Program-made: the position numbers and the translations under genes
Shown: positions 16,979 through 27,042 of the stretch, piece after piece
Layout: the number at the start of each line of letters is the position of its first letter
Position numbering within the stretch: position 1 is the first letter of the stretch
Notes under the pieces: model-generated
The model's input: the letters and a program-made list of their open reading frames with translations, nothing else
What the model was told of the DNA's origin: nothing
The model's database searches: none
Source: an uncultured Alphaproteobacteria bacterium
GTDB lineage: Bacteria > Pseudomonadota > Alphaproteobacteria > Rs-D84
Reading direction: 5' to 3'
DNA: 64,000 bases
Assembly (NCBI GenBank): GCA_947175875.1
Contig: CAMWON010000001.1
Coordinates: forward strand, 81,809-145,808

Positions 16979-18997
16979 TTAATATTGCTGGCCGTCAACG
17001 CTCATACCGATTCTGAACTGATATGTCGTTGTTCCCACATAGTCGTCTTTGATGGAGTTGTCGCGACGGTACTGCAAAGACATGTAATAACATGGGTGGG
17101 TATAGAAAATACCGCCTGTATGACTGTGGAATTCGCCTTCGGTAAAATTATAAATACCGTTCCATTGCAGGGCCCAGCGCTGTGACAGTTTTATTCCTGC
17201 GCCGACTGTCGCCTCGTTTATGTCATCCCCCTGTGTCTGGGCGTCTATAAAGCGCTGTGACCATATGTGGCCCAGTGAGATGTAGTTGGCGCTGGTACCG
17301 ATGCGGCCCGTCGTTTCAATATGGCGCAGCGAGAAATCCTCGCGGTCAACGCGAAAACGCGACGCCATGTCGAACCATTTCATGTTGTTGTATCCGATGC
17401 GGCCGACATAATCCGATGCACCGTTATGAAATCCGCTGTTGGGGTCGGTGTCTGCGCGGTCTTTGAAATCATACGTCTGGCCCAGAAATATCTCAAATGT
17501 ATTTCCGCTGATGTTGTTAAACGCGGCCCAGCGAACACCATAGTCGGCAAAAGTGCCGTTCTCCCACAGGTCCAGTCCGGCAAAGCGCTTGTCTGCGAAC
17601 AGTGTCGCGTCTGATAAAAACGCGCCGGCCGAGTCGTTGTTCAGCGCAAACTGGTCGCGCGACGTGTGTGCCATCGCGGTTATGCGCGCGCGGGGCTCTA
17701 TAACCTGGGACCAAGTGGCGTCCGGCCGATACAGCGGCAGGCCCCATTCCAGATATCCGCTGGGCAGGAATCTGTTTTTCAATCCCGTAAACGTTTCGCC
17801 GGTCACCATGTCCGCATGGTCGAAATTATATACGTCGTATCGCGCGGCCAAACTGGCGGTGATTCTATTGCCGCCCCACAGTGTCCATGGCGATGTTATG
17901 CGCGCATCGCCGATTACGCGCTGTGACGCAGTGCCAGAACCGGATATCCCCAGTACGTCGGCGCCGAATGTCATGTACGTTTCCTCGTATATCGGGGCGG
18001 TCTGCCATACGCCGCGAATGTTGGGCAGTATGTCGCCCGACGGCGTTGAATAGCGTCCGCCGCCACTGCTGCGCAGTTCCTGGAACACATGCGCGTCGGC
18101 GACGACATATCCCGACTGGCCGAACAGTTCCAGGCGCGCGCCGGAATCCAGATACGGCTGGGAATTATAAAATCCGTATTTCTGCAGATATGTTTTGTCG
18201 GACGTACGTTCCAGGAAAATGCTTGCGCGTGCGTATTCGCCCAGCTGAATTACATCGTCGTTGAAAATATGCCAGCGGTTTTCACCGTCCTTGTTTCGTG
18301 TGAACGAACCGCGCGTGCGATACTGCGAATGTTCCGCATTTAAGCGGTGTTCGGCCTTAAACAGCGGGTTTTCCTGGGTCAGGTATGCCAGTGTAACCGT
18401 CATGTCCTGGTATTCCGACAGATAAACATAGAACGGTATGTTTATCATCGTTCCCATTTTGTTGGTCGATTCAAAGTCGGGCATTAAAAATCCGGTCTTG
18501 TGCTTTATGCCCGGGTCCGGCATTTCAAATATCGGAAACCAGAACGCCGGCACGCCGTACACCCAGAAGACGGGATTGTAAAATCGCAGCATTCGCGTCG
18601 CCATATTGTGGCGCACGGTTGTGGCCGATATCGTCCATGCGTCGCCGTATGAATCGCATCCGTCGCATGCGGTAAATGTCGCGTCGCGCGCAATCGTCAA
18701 ATCACCTTCGCGCGTCACGCTTTCCGCATCTACATACACATGCTGGCCCAGCCATATTTTTATGTCGTCGCCGGCCAGTGCGGATCCGTCCTTGGAAATA
18801 TAGCTGTCGCGCAGGGTCATGCGCTGGCCCGACTGATTTATTATTTCTGTTTTGCCGGACGTCTGAATGGATTCTGATTTTATGTCGTATTCGATTTTGT
18901 CCGCGATGATTGTCTTTGGCTGGTCCAAATCAACCGATGCCGCGCGTGCCGCGCTGCATACAATGCCGGATAAAATCATTATACATGCGCGTTTCAT
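16979..18997 (-). CDS. lptD: LPS-assembly protein LptD (OstA/Imp)
   Basis: 672 aa with a signal peptide, an N-terminal OstA-like region and a long aromatic-rich beta-barrel C-terminus. Confidence 0.9.
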   Translation of the reverse strand: MKRACIMILSGIVCSAARAASVDLDQPKTIIADKIEYDIKSESIQTSGKTEIINQSGQRMTLRDSYISKDGSALAGDDIKIWLGQHVYVDAESVTREGDLTIARDATFTACDGCDSYGDAWTISATTVRHNMATRMLRFYNPVFWVYGVPAFWFPIFEMPDPGIKHKTGFLMPDFESTNKMGTMINIPFYVYLSEYQDMTVTLAYLTQENPLFKAEHRLNAEHSQYRTRGSFTRNKDGENRWHIFNDDVIQLGEYARASIFLERTSDKTYLQKYGFYNSQPYLDSGARLELFGQSGYVVADAHVFQELRSSGGGRYSTPSGDILPNIRGVWQTAPIYEETYMTFGADVLGISGSGTASQRVIGDARITSPWTLWGGNRITASLAARYDVYNFDHADMVTGETFTGLKNRFLPSGYLEWGLPLYRPDATWSQVIEPRARITAMAHTSRDQFALNNDSAGAFLSDATLFADKRFAGLDLWENGTFADYGVRWAAFNNISGNTFEIFLGQTYDFKDRADTDPNSGFHNGASDYVGRIGYNNMKWFDMASRFRVDREDFSLRHIETTGRIGTSANYISLGHIWSQRFIDAQTQGDDINEATVGAGIKLSQRWALQWNGIYNFTEGEFHSHTGGIFYTHPCYYMSLQYRRDNSIKDDYVGTTTYQFRIGMSVDGQQY

Positions 18998-20052
18998 TTT
19001 TTATACAGTGCAAATAAAATCCCCGCCAGCGTCGCCAATATAACCGCACCCAACGCAATAAACTGCGTTATGGACGAAACCATGTTTGATGCGGACATAA
19101 ATGTCGCCATTACAACCGCCATTGCGGCCACGGCAATCGCCGGCGCAAAGCTGGCACGGCGCCGCAATAATGAAGAGCGCAACAATATCACTGCGCACAG
19201 CGCCGCCAACACCAGGTTCATTGTCGGTCCGTACAGGCGCGAACACAGTTCCGACAGCACCGCCTTGTGCTGCTTCGGGCTGGGGGCCTCACGCAGGTCG
19301 CGGAAAAGTTCGCGCGTCGGTATGCGGCGCACGCGAAAGCTGCTGCTCATTCCCTTGTCTGCGACATTTAAATCCATGTCAAAGCTTTCAAACGTGCCGA
19401 TGGTTGTTGTACTGCCCGACGCCATCAGCGAACCGTTCGTCATAATAATCGACAGCCCGCGCAGTGTTGACACCAGCTTGCCCTTTTCGGCAAAGATTGT
19501 TATCTGGTTGTCCTCGTCGCGCGTATCCGACAGCATTACCTGTGACAAATCGTGACCGGATACCTTGTCCACGTATACGACCAGGCCGCCCGACATTTCT
19601 GTGAACGCCGCCTCTTGCAGTTTCATGTGTGCCAGACCATAGCGCAGGTTCCACTGGGTGTCGTAAAAGTTTCCCTGGGACGCGGGCACAATCCACAGGT
19701 TTAACGCAAAGTGCACCACGGTTAAAATCGTCGCCATAATCAATGCCGGCCGCGCCAGTTGCCCCGGCGACAGGGTTGACGCCGCCATAACAGTGATTTC
19801 ATTGTCTGAAATCATCTTGTTATATACCGATATCACGGCGATAAATGTCACGAACGGAATAATAATGGAAACGATAAAAGGCACCATTAACATGGTCAGG
19901 CCCAAAAAGTTCGTCAACTGTATCCCGTAATTTAGCAGAAATTTCATCATCGACATAATCTGCACCATCCAGGCCAGCCCAGTCAGAACCAGCAGCAGCA
20001 TAATGAATATCATCGCCAGCTGGCGCAAAAAATATCGGTTTATAATCTTCAT
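18994..20052 (-). CDS. lptG: LPS export ABC permease, LptF/LptG family (probably LptG given adjacency to lptD)
   Basis: N-terminus MKIINRYFLRQ with six TM segments, matching the YjgP/YjgQ family. ATGA overlap with the lptD start. Confidence 0.8.
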   Translation of the reverse strand: MKIINRYFLRQLAMIFIMLLLVLTGLAWMVQIMSMMKFLLNYGIQLTNFLGLTMLMVPFIVSIIIPFVTFIAVISVYNKMISDNEITVMAASTLSPGQLARPALIMATILTVVHFALNLWIVPASQGNFYDTQWNLRYGLAHMKLQEAAFTEMSGGLVVYVDKVSGHDLSQVMLSDTRDEDNQITIFAEKGKLVSTLRGLSIIMTNGSLMASGSTTTIGTFESFDMDLNVADKGMSSSFRVRRIPTRELFRDLREAPSPKQHKAVLSELCSRLYGPTMNLVLAALCAVILLRSSLLRRRASFAPAIAVAAMAVVMATFMSASNMVSSITQFIALGAVILATLAGILFALYKK

Positions 20053-20216
20053 CACGCCCAGTATAAAGCGCAAAAAGAAACGCGTCAAATTTTTCTTGCG
20101 TTTTCTCGATTCGGGCTCCATAATACAAATGTTCTTAAAAGTTTTTTAAGGGCGGGGTTGAAAAACCCCGCTCTTATCGTAAGAAGGCATCATAAAACAA
20201 CATAAGGAGAAAACGA

Positions 20217-21755
20217 ATGTCTTTTGTTTCAATGCCGCGCCAGGATTTGCTGTTGGCTATCGACTCGTTGGCCCAGGAAAAGCTGATTGACCGCGAGATA
20301 GTCATTGAGTCGCTGGAGGCTGCGATTGCCAAAATTGCCAAGCACAAGTATGGCGAGGAGTTTAATATCGTTGCAAACATTGACCGCAAAAACGGCGCTA
20401 TTTATGTAAAGCGCCTGTTTGACGTTATTGAATCCCCGGACGCGGCGGGCGAAGATTATGATGCCGGCACCATGCTGACGGTTGCCCAGGCGAAAAAGTA
20501 CGCCAAGAATCCGCATGTCGGCGACGTGGTCGAGGACCCCCTGCCGGAGCCGGAATTCGGTCGCATGGCGTTCCAGACGGCCAAGCAGATTATGACCGCG
20601 CGCGTTCGCGACGCAGAAAAGGGCCGCCAGTATGAAGAATTCAAAGACAATATCGGCGACATTGTGTCGGGTGTTGTAAAGCGTATTGAATTCGGCAACG
20701 TATTCGTTGACATCAACGGCAAGGCCGAGGGCTATATCAAAGGCACGGAACTGATTCCGGGCGAACGCCTGGCGGTGGGTGACCGCGTGCGCGCATTGAT
20801 TATGGACGTTGCGCGTTCAAATACCGGCCCCCAGATTTTCCTGACCCGTACACATCCGATGTTCATGGAAAAACTGTTCGTGCAGGAGGTTCCGGAAATC
20901 TATGAAGGTGTTATCAAAATCAAATCTGTTTCCCGTGCGCCGGGCTCTCATGCCAAGATTGCGGTCGAGACCCAGGACCCGTCCATCGACGCGGTTGGTA
21001 TGACGGTCGGTATCAAGGGTACCCGCATTCAGCCGGTTATCAACGAATGCCACGGCGAAAAGATTGACGTTATCCTGTATTCCGAAGACCCGGCGGTATT
21101 CATCGTCAACGCGATGCAGCCGGCCAAGGTGGCAAAGATTATCGTTGATGAAGACACGCGTACGGCCGCCGTTGTCGTGACAGAGGACCAGCAGTCGCTG
21201 GCAATCGGTCGCCGCGGCCAGAATGTTCGTCTGGCATCCCAGTTAACGGGCTGGAACATCGATGTTATGAACGAGGCCGAAGAACAGGAACGCCGTGCCA
21301 AGGAATTCAAGGAAAAGACGGAACTGTTTATAAAGGGCCTGGACGTTGATGAAATGATTGCGCACCTGTTGATTACCGAAGGTTTCCGCACAATCGAAGA
21401 AATTGCGTTCGTTGACCTTGCAGAGCTGGAATCGATAGAAGGCTTTAATGCGGAACTGGCCACAGAACTGCAGACTCGCGCCAAGTCGTACCTGGACAAG
21501 ATTGAACAGGATTATTTGGATGCCGGTCACAAAATCGGCATGTCTGACGACCTGTTGACGTTTGACTTTATCAAGCGTCCGATAATCATGAAACTGGGTG
21601 AAAACGGCATTAAGTCTTTGGCGGATTTGGCGGACCTGGCGTCCGACGAATTGGTCGAGATTTTGGGCGAAGACATGATGAGCCCGAGGCTGGCCGCCCG
21701 CGTTATCATGAAGGCGCGCGAGGTCGCATATGATATCAAGCAGGACGAAGAATAA
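20217..21755 (+). CDS. nusA: Transcription termination/antitermination factor NusA
   Basis: NusA N-terminal domain, S1 domain, two KH domains (IGRRGQNVRLASQLTGW) and C-terminal acidic repeats. RBS is AAGGAGAAAACGAATG. Confidence 0.95.
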   Translation: MSFVSMPRQDLLLAIDSLAQEKLIDREIVIESLEAAIAKIAKHKYGEEFNIVANIDRKNGAIYVKRLFDVIESPDAAGEDYDAGTMLTVAQAKKYAKNPHVGDVVEDPLPEPEFGRMAFQTAKQIMTARVRDAEKGRQYEEFKDNIGDIVSGVVKRIEFGNVFVDINGKAEGYIKGTELIPGERLAVGDRVRALIMDVARSNTGPQIFLTRTHPMFMEKLFVQEVPEIYEGVIKIKSVSRAPGSHAKIAVETQDPSIDAVGMTVGIKGTRIQPVINECHGEKIDVILYSEDPAVFIVNAMQPAKVAKIIVDEDTRTAAVVVTEDQQSLAIGRRGQNVRLASQLTGWNIDVMNEAEEQERRAKEFKEKTELFIKGLDVDEMIAHLLITEGFRTIEEIAFVDLAELESIEGFNAELATELQTRAKSYLDKIEQDYLDAGHKIGMSDDLLTFDFIKRPIIMKLGENGIKSLADLADLASDELVEILGEDMMSPRLAARVIMKAREVAYDIKQDEE

Positions 21756-21816
21756 AGACTGTATGAAACAAACGCGGGCGCGTCCCGCCACGACAACAAA
21801 ACGAGGATAAGTTTAT

Positions 21817-24201
21817 ATGGCAACATTAACACTTGGAAAATCTGTGACAATAGACCAGGTCGCAAGCAAAAAGGGCGATGCCGTTTTTGTAGAGCGCCGT
21901 CGTCGGGTCGTGGCGCCGGGCACGCGTGAGCTGCGCGAAGAGCCGAACAAACCCGCGCCCGCCCGCAATGCGGCCGACGAGAAACTGCGCGCAGTGCTGG
22001 AGGCCGCCCGCGCCCGCGAAGAAGAGCGTCGTGCCCGCGAAGCCGCCGAGGCGGCGGCGGCCGCCGCCCGCGCCGCCGAGATAGAGCGTGAAACGCGCGA
22101 GTACGAGCAGGTAAAGGAACAGCTGGCCGCGCGCGAAAACGCCGCTGCGGAAACAGAGGAAAAGCCGGCCCCGGAAAAGCCAAAGGCCGCCGCACCGCAA
22201 AAGACGTTCAGCAATCCGGCCCCGCGCCAAAATCGCGGCAGTGATGACGAAGACACACGTCCCGGCAATCGCAACGCGCACAACAAATCCAAAGATTTCA
22301 AAAAGGGCGGCAAGATTTCACTGAATGACATTGTCATGGGTGACGATGATGATGAAATCGCATTGCGCGGTGCAAATCGCCGTCGGTCCGAGGCGTCGCT
22401 GAAACGTTTCCGCGAAAAGGCGCGCGCCATGTTCACCGCCCCGCAAAAGGTTTCGCACGAGGTTGTGTTGGGCGACACCATCACGGTCAAAGATTTGGCC
22501 GCGGCAATGGCGGAAAAGGTCGGCAACGTTGTTAAAAAGTTAATGGAAATGGGCATGATGGCATCCCAGAATCAGTCCATTGATGCGGATACTGCGGAGC
22601 TGGTTGCGGCTGAATTCGGCGCGACGGTAAAACGCGTTGATGTAAAGCCGTATGCGGATATTCTGGAACGCGGCCCGAACCCGGAAAAATTAACGCCGCG
22701 TGCGCCGGTTGTAACCGTTGTGGGTCACGTTGACCATGGCAAGACATCGCTGTTGGACGCGTTCCGCAATGCGAACGTCGCCGCGCGCGAGGCCGGCGGC
22801 ATAACCCAGCACGTTTCCGCGTACGAGGTTAAATCGAAATCCGGCCCGATGATAACGTTTTTGGATACCCCGGGTCACGAAACCTTTACAGCCATGCGCG
22901 CACGTGGTGCCCAGCTGGCGGATATCGTTGTCTTGGTTGTTGCGGCCAATGATTCCATCATGCCCCAGACGATTGAGGCGATTAACCACATTCGTGCGGC
23001 CAAGGTTCCGTTCATCGTCGCAATCAACAAAATTGATTTGCCGGAGGCGAACCCGACCCGTGTCAAGACAGACCTGCTTCAGCAAGAGGTTCAGGTCGAA
23101 GAAATGGGCGGCGATATTCAGTGCGTTGAAATATCCGCCACCAAGAAGATAGGTCTGGACAAATTGGAAGACGCCATTTTGTTACAGGCGGAAATGATGG
23201 ACCTAAAGGCGGACGCCGACATGCCGGCCGTGGCATATGTGGTAGAGGCAAAAATGGAAAAGGGCCTGGGCTCTGTCGCAACGGTTTTGATGCGCCAGGG
23301 TACGCTGAAAATCGGCGACGTGTTTGTGGTCGGCGAAACATTCGGTCGCGTGCGCGGTCTGATTAATTCGTCGGGTGAACGTGTCAAATCCGTAAAGCCG
23401 GGCCAGCCGGTCGTGGTATTGGGTCTGGACGCGGTTCCGAACGCGGGTGACGAACTGCGTGTCATGGAAACGGATGCCCAGGCGCGCGAGGTCGCAGCCT
23501 ATCGTATCCAAAAGGCCAAGGACAAGGCGAACGCAATCAAGCGCTCGTCGTTGGAGGAATTGTTCGCCAAACGTGACGAGAACAAGAAATTGACACTGCC
23601 GGTTATCCTGCGTGCCGACGTTCAGGGTTCTGTTGAGGCTATTTCCGACATGTTAAAGGAAATCAATACGGACAAGGCGGCGGTTGAATTAATGTCGGCC
23701 GGTGTCGGCCAGATTACAGAGGGCGACATCCGTCTGGCCACGGCGTCCGGTGCGGTCATCATCGCGTTTAACGTTCGTGCCGATGCGGCGGTTCGCGACA
23801 TGGCGCGCAGCGGTAATGTCGATATCCGCTATCACAGCGTCGTTTACCGCATCACGGACGAGATAAAGGAAATCCTGTCGGGTAAATTGGCCCCCGAACG
23901 CCGCGAAAACTTTATCGGATACGCCGATGTTATCGCACTGTTCACGGTGGGCAAGGGCACGCGTGTGGCCGGCTGCCGCATGTCCGAGGGTGTGATAAAG
24001 AAAGACGCGTTCGTACGCCTGCTGCGCAACAATGTCGTTATCTATGACGGCAAGATTGGCGAGCTGCGTCGTGAAAAGAACGAGGTAAAGGAAGTGTCCG
24101 GCGGCGTAGAATTCGGTATGTCGTTTGACAAGTACAATGATTTGAAAGAGGGCGACCGCGTCGAATGTTATGAGGTCGAAGAGGTTCGCGCCAAATTGTA
24201 A
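21817..24201 (+). CDS. infB: Translation initiation factor IF-2
   Basis: GTPase motifs [18 protein letters not shown] and NKID, plus conserved C-terminal domains. Confidence 0.95.
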   Translation: MATLTLGKSVTIDQVASKKGDAVFVERRRRVVAPGTRELREEPNKPAPARNAADEKLRAVLEAARAREEERRAREAAEAAAAAARAAEIERETREYEQVKEQLAARENAAAETEEKPAPEKPKAAAPQKTFSNPAPRQNRGSDDEDTRPGNRNAHNKSKDFKKGGKISLNDIVMGDDDDEIALRGANRRRSEASLKRFREKARAMFTAPQKVSHEVVLGDTITVKDLAAAMAEKVGNVVKKLMEMGMMASQNQSIDADTAELVAAEFGATVKRVDVKPYADILERGPNPEKLTPRAPVVTVVGHVDHGKTSLLDAFRNANVAAREAGGITQHVSAYEVKSKSGPMITFLDTPGHETFTAMRARGAQLADIVVLVVAANDSIMPQTIEAINHIRAAKVPFIVAINKIDLPEANPTRVKTDLLQQEVQVEEMGGDIQCVEISATKKIGLDKLEDAILLQAEMMDLKADADMPAVAYVVEAKMEKGLGSVATVLMRQGTLKIGDVFVVGETFGRVRGLINSSGERVKSVKPGQPVVVLGLDAVPNAGDELRVMETDAQAREVAAYRIQKAKDKANAIKRSSLEELFAKRDENKKLTLPVILRADVQGSVEAISDMLKEINTDKAAVELMSAGVGQITEGDIRLATASGAVIIAFNVRADAAVRDMARSGNVDIRYHSVVYRITDEIKEILSGKLAPERRENFIGYADVIALFTVGKGTRVAGCRMSEGVIKKDAFVRLLRNNVVIYDGKIGELRREKNEVKEVSGGVEFGMSFDKYNDLKEGDRVECYEVEEVRAKL

Positions 24202-24214
24202 AATCAAAAAGCAA

Positions 24215-24238
24215 AACGCCCCACCGGGGCGTTTTTTA
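24215..24238 (+). terminator. Rho-independent terminator after infB (CGCCCCaccGGGGCG + T-run)
   Basis: Read directly from the sequence. Confidence 0.7.
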
Positions 24239-24437
24239 TTGGTTGTATTTTCCTATGGAATTTAGCGGGAAAATGGGATATAGTCCCTATTGTAATAAGG
24301 AGACTTATTATGCAGGACTAGCAATCCTGCTAGGTAGCCGCCTGTATGTGCGAGAAACATACCAGCTCTGTTAAGGGGCTGGATGGTGATGAATAATCAA
24401 TAAATCACTTGCAAGCTACTGTGCAATTGCTAGCTCC

Positions 24438-24478
24438 AGCCCCGCTAAGTCTTTTTCAGCGGGCTTTATATTTTTTTA
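24438..24478 (+). terminator. Hairpin (AGCCCCGCT...AGCGGGCT) plus T-run ending an unannotated ~200-nt transcribed or structured segment
   Basis: Imperfect stem followed by TTATATTTTTTT. Confidence 0.4.
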
Positions 24479-24481
24479 CGG

Positions 24482-24509
24482 TTGATTTTTACGGCCGTGG
24501 GAATATAAT
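24482..24509 (+). promoter_or_regulatory. Putative promoter TTGATT-16-TATAAT upstream of the structured leader of the HTH gene
   Basis: Hexamers read directly. A long leader lies between here and the ATG at 24743. Confidence 0.35.
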
Positions 24510-24678
24510 AAATGCATAATTCGTAACCCCTTGTTACGGTGCGAGGCTTAGAAACCTCACCAATAGTGCGCCTGAAACAGGCGCAGGCGCAAACTTCAAC
24601 CCCTATGGTTGGAGGCCGGGATATATTTGAATAACCGGGCAATACTATTGGATTGTTTCTAACCTCCAACCACCTTGT

Positions 24679-24713
24679 CATTGCGAGCCCCCAGCGGGGC
24701 GCGGCAATCTCAG
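24679..24713. repeat. Hairpin repeat TTGTCATTGCGAGCCCC-agc-GGGGCGCGGCAATCTCAG (third copy)
   Basis: Same flanks as 14694-14724. The inner stem has compensatory changes (GCCCC/GGGGC). Confidence 0.5.
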
Positions 24714-24742
24714 TGGTTTTTTGTTTAACAAACGGGGGGATT

Positions 24743-24979
24743 ATGACACCTGCAAGCCTATGGCGTGCGATTGATAAAATCGCCGAGCAAAACGGAAAAA
24801 GCCCGTGTGGGCTGGCCCGTATTTCAAAACTAAATCAAACAACATTTAACCCCAGCAAACGGGTGTATCCCGATGGGCGCATGCGCTGGCCTAAATTGGA
24901 AACAATTGACAAGGTATGCCGGGCAACAAATACATCAATGCTTAAATTTATGTATATTGTTGCGGAGTGCGAAAAATAA
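24743..24979 (+). CDS. Small helix-turn-helix (XRE/Cro-C1-like) DNA-binding protein
   Basis: MTPASLWRAIDKIAEQNGKSPCGLARISKLNQTTF... resembles the HTH domain of phage-repressor/S24-family regulators, but no peptidase domain is present. RBS GGGGGG. Confidence 0.55.
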   Translation: MTPASLWRAIDKIAEQNGKSPCGLARISKLNQTTFNPSKRVYPDGRMRWPKLETIDKVCRATNTSMLKFMYIVAECEK

Positions 24980-24980
24980 A

Positions 24981-25009
24981 AAATCCCGCCAAACGGCGGG
25001 GATTTTTAT
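24981..25009. terminator. Bidirectional terminator (CCCGCCaaacGGCGGG) between the HTH gene and fabZ
   Basis: Hairpin flanked by an A-run and a T-run. Confidence 0.6.
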
Positions 25010-25449
25010 TCGGATTTTTCTTTGACGTCCATCATGGCGCTGAACGTTGCCTCGGCCACTTTTTTACCGGCAACCATTGCGATGCCGTGGAATTTGAACA
25101 TGCGCATTTTGGACTGAATCAATTCCACATGCAGTTCCAGCGTATCGCCCGGATGCACCATGTGCGAGAATTTGATTTTCTCCATCGTGGTAAAGTACCC
25201 CAATGCGTTCCCGTCCGTGAATCCCAATTTGTTCAGCGCGATAAAGCACGCCGTCTGGGCCAGTGCCTCTATCTGCAGTACGCCCGGCATAATCGGCTTG
25301 CCCGGGAAATGACCCGCGCACCAGAATTCGTCGTCGCGCACATACTTGATGCCGACACCGCTGTTGTCGTTGTATTCACGTATCTCATCGACCAGGCGCA
25401 TATGTCCGCGATGAGGAATAACCTTTTCTATTTCTTTGGGCCCTAACAT
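25006..25449 (-). CDS. fabZ: 3-hydroxyacyl-ACP dehydratase FabZ
   Basis: Hot-dog fold motifs (LPHRYPFLLVD-like HRGHMRLVDEI, GHFPGKPIMPGVL). Confidence 0.93.
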   Translation of the reverse strand: MLGPKEIEKVIPHRGHMRLVDEIREYNDNSGVGIKYVRDDEFWCAGHFPGKPIMPGVLQIEALAQTACFIALNKLGFTDGNALGYFTTMEKIKFSHMVHPGDTLELHVELIQSKMRMFKFHGIAMVAGKKVAEATFSAMMDVKEKSE

Positions 25450-25469
25450 GGTTGCCTCTCCTTTTCTTT

Positions 25470-26522
25470 TTATTTTGTTGTTTTTGCCATGCGGCGCAAA
25501 ATGGCGTAATGCCGCATGAACTCGGTCCCCGGACCGGCCGGATAACCCATATACCGCTGTCCGTCCGGGATATTGCGGAATACACCGGACTGCGCACCAA
25601 CCTCTGCGTCATTTCCGATATGCACCCCATTTGCAATTCCAACATGCCCGCCCAGCAGCGCCCGGTCGCCAATAACCGTGCCGCCGGCGATTCCAACGCC
25701 CGATGCCAAAAAGCATTCCGCGCCGATAACGACACCGTGCGCAATCTGGCACAGGTTGTCAATCTTTGTCCCGTCGCCCACGCGCGTATCCGTCATTGCG
25801 CCGCGGTCAATGCATGTGTTCGCACCGACCGACACGCGGTCGCCCAAAACAACGCGGCCCGTGTGCGGGATAAATACGTTGTGCCCGTCCTGGCGGGTGT
25901 ATCCAAAACCGTCTTTGCCGATAACGGCGCCGGCGTTGATTACGCAATCCGCGCCGATTGTGGCGTTTTCAATGTGCGCGCCCGTCTGCACGATTGTGCC
26001 GCGCCCGATTGTGACGTTCGGCCCAATGTATGCACCGGGATATATTTTTACGTCCGGCTCTATCACTGCGCCGCGTTCAATTGTTGCGAACTGGGCCACG
26101 TAAACGGTTTTCTTTTTGCGAAAGAACACCGTGCGGTCGATAACCGCGCGGCGGTCGATGCCGTAACGCGGCTTTTCCTTATAAATTTCGCCCAGGATTT
26201 TTACAATGTTTCCGCGTGGGCTGTCCGTTATCAACAGTGTCGCCCCCTGTGGCGCGTGTTTCGCCATCTCGGGCTGCACCAAAATAACGGATGCGCGGGT
26301 GTTTTCCAGCACCTCTATCGGCAGAATTTTAAACGCCGCACTGTTTTGCTCGGTCGAATAAAACGCCAGCTGGCCCGGTTTTGCATCGGCAATCGGCGCC
26401 ACGCCATTAACCGGCGTCGCGGCGTCCCCGCGCAGTTCCAATCCAAATTTTTCGGCGATTTCGCCAGCGGTCGTTTTCGTGGCCTGACCGCGGCCGACTA
26501 AAGACATAATTATTCTAAACAT
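25470..26522 (-). CDS. lpxD: UDP-3-O-(3-hydroxyacyl)glucosamine N-acyltransferase LpxD
   Basis: Long array of left-handed beta-helix hexapeptide repeats plus a LpxD N-terminal domain. The start is taken at [10 protein letters not shown]. Confidence 0.9.
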   Translation of the reverse strand: MFRIIMSLVGRGQATKTTAGEIAEKFGLELRGDAATPVNGVAPIADAKPGQLAFYSTEQNSAAFKILPIEVLENTRASVILVQPEMAKHAPQGATLLITDSPRGNIVKILGEIYKEKPRYGIDRRAVIDRTVFFRKKKTVYVAQFATIERGAVIEPDVKIYPGAYIGPNVTIGRGTIVQTGAHIENATIGADCVINAGAVIGKDGFGYTRQDGHNVFIPHTGRVVLGDRVSVGANTCIDRGAMTDTRVGDGTKIDNLCQIAHGVVIGAECFLASGVGIAGGTVIGDRALLGGHVGIANGVHIGNDAEVGAQSGVFRNIPDGQRYMGYPAGPGTEFMRHYAILRRMAKTTK

Positions 26523-26572
26523 GCGGTGATTATATCCGCAAAAAAAGAAAATAAAAGAAAATTCGTGCACAC

Positions 26573-26935
26573 CTATCGCTTGCGGGAATTTTGGGCGATA
26601 ATGCTGGACACCTGGGCCAGTGACATTGCCGACATCCGCTCAACCGTGCGCAGGCAGCCGTCTGTGGCCGAAATCTCTATCAGGCCTTCGAACATTTGAG
26701 GAATATTACGCTCCATCCGGGCCATGTGCCGCTGCTGGGCGATGGTGACAACATGCATTTTTGATACGGTGTTGCATGCCGCATCATGCAGAATGCGCAC
26801 CGCGCTGAATCGGCGGCTGGAAACACCAATCTGTTCACAGTATTTGTCCAGTGCCCGGCAAAACGACAGGTACAGCATGCTGGACGCGCTTGCAGTGTCT
26901 TTTTTATCCAAAATTTTCGGTGCTGTTTTTTTCAT
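26573..26935 (-). CDS. Hypothetical protein (120 aa) upstream of lpxD, where Skp/OmpH usually sits; no signal peptide seen
   Basis: ORF only; no recognised motif. Confidence 0.35.
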   Translation of the reverse strand: MKKTAPKILDKKDTASASSMLYLSFCRALDKYCEQIGVSSRRFSAVRILHDAACNTVSKMHVVTIAQQRHMARMERNIPQMFEGLIEISATDGCLRTVERMSAMSLAQVSSIIAQNSRKR

Positions 26936-27042
26936 CAGACCCCGAAAATATCACAGCCGGGTCGTTTGTCAACCCGTTTGTTGGAAATTTTAACTTTTCC
27001 GATACGTTTTTTTATGGTAAAATTTAACGAAAGCGAGAGAAA

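Noticed and set aside
21813-22556. 247-aa antisense ORF, and 21527-22195, opposite infB/nusA
   Set aside because: They overlap highly conserved infB and nusA codons and are Ala/Arg/Ser-rich artefacts of GC-rich repeats (the infB EAAR region).
24480-24660. Possible tmRNA (ssrA) or other classic housekeeping ncRNA in the structured region after infB
   Set aside because: No tag-peptide-like reading frame ending in hydrophobic-Ala-Ala was found. No tRNA-like T-arm (GGTTCGAnTCC) or RNase P/SRP/6S signature motifs were found by eye. It is left as an unassigned structured region.
24466-24681. 71-aa minus-strand ORF in the structured intergenic region
   Set aside because: It overlaps the hairpins, promoter and repeat, and has no RBS; likely non-coding.
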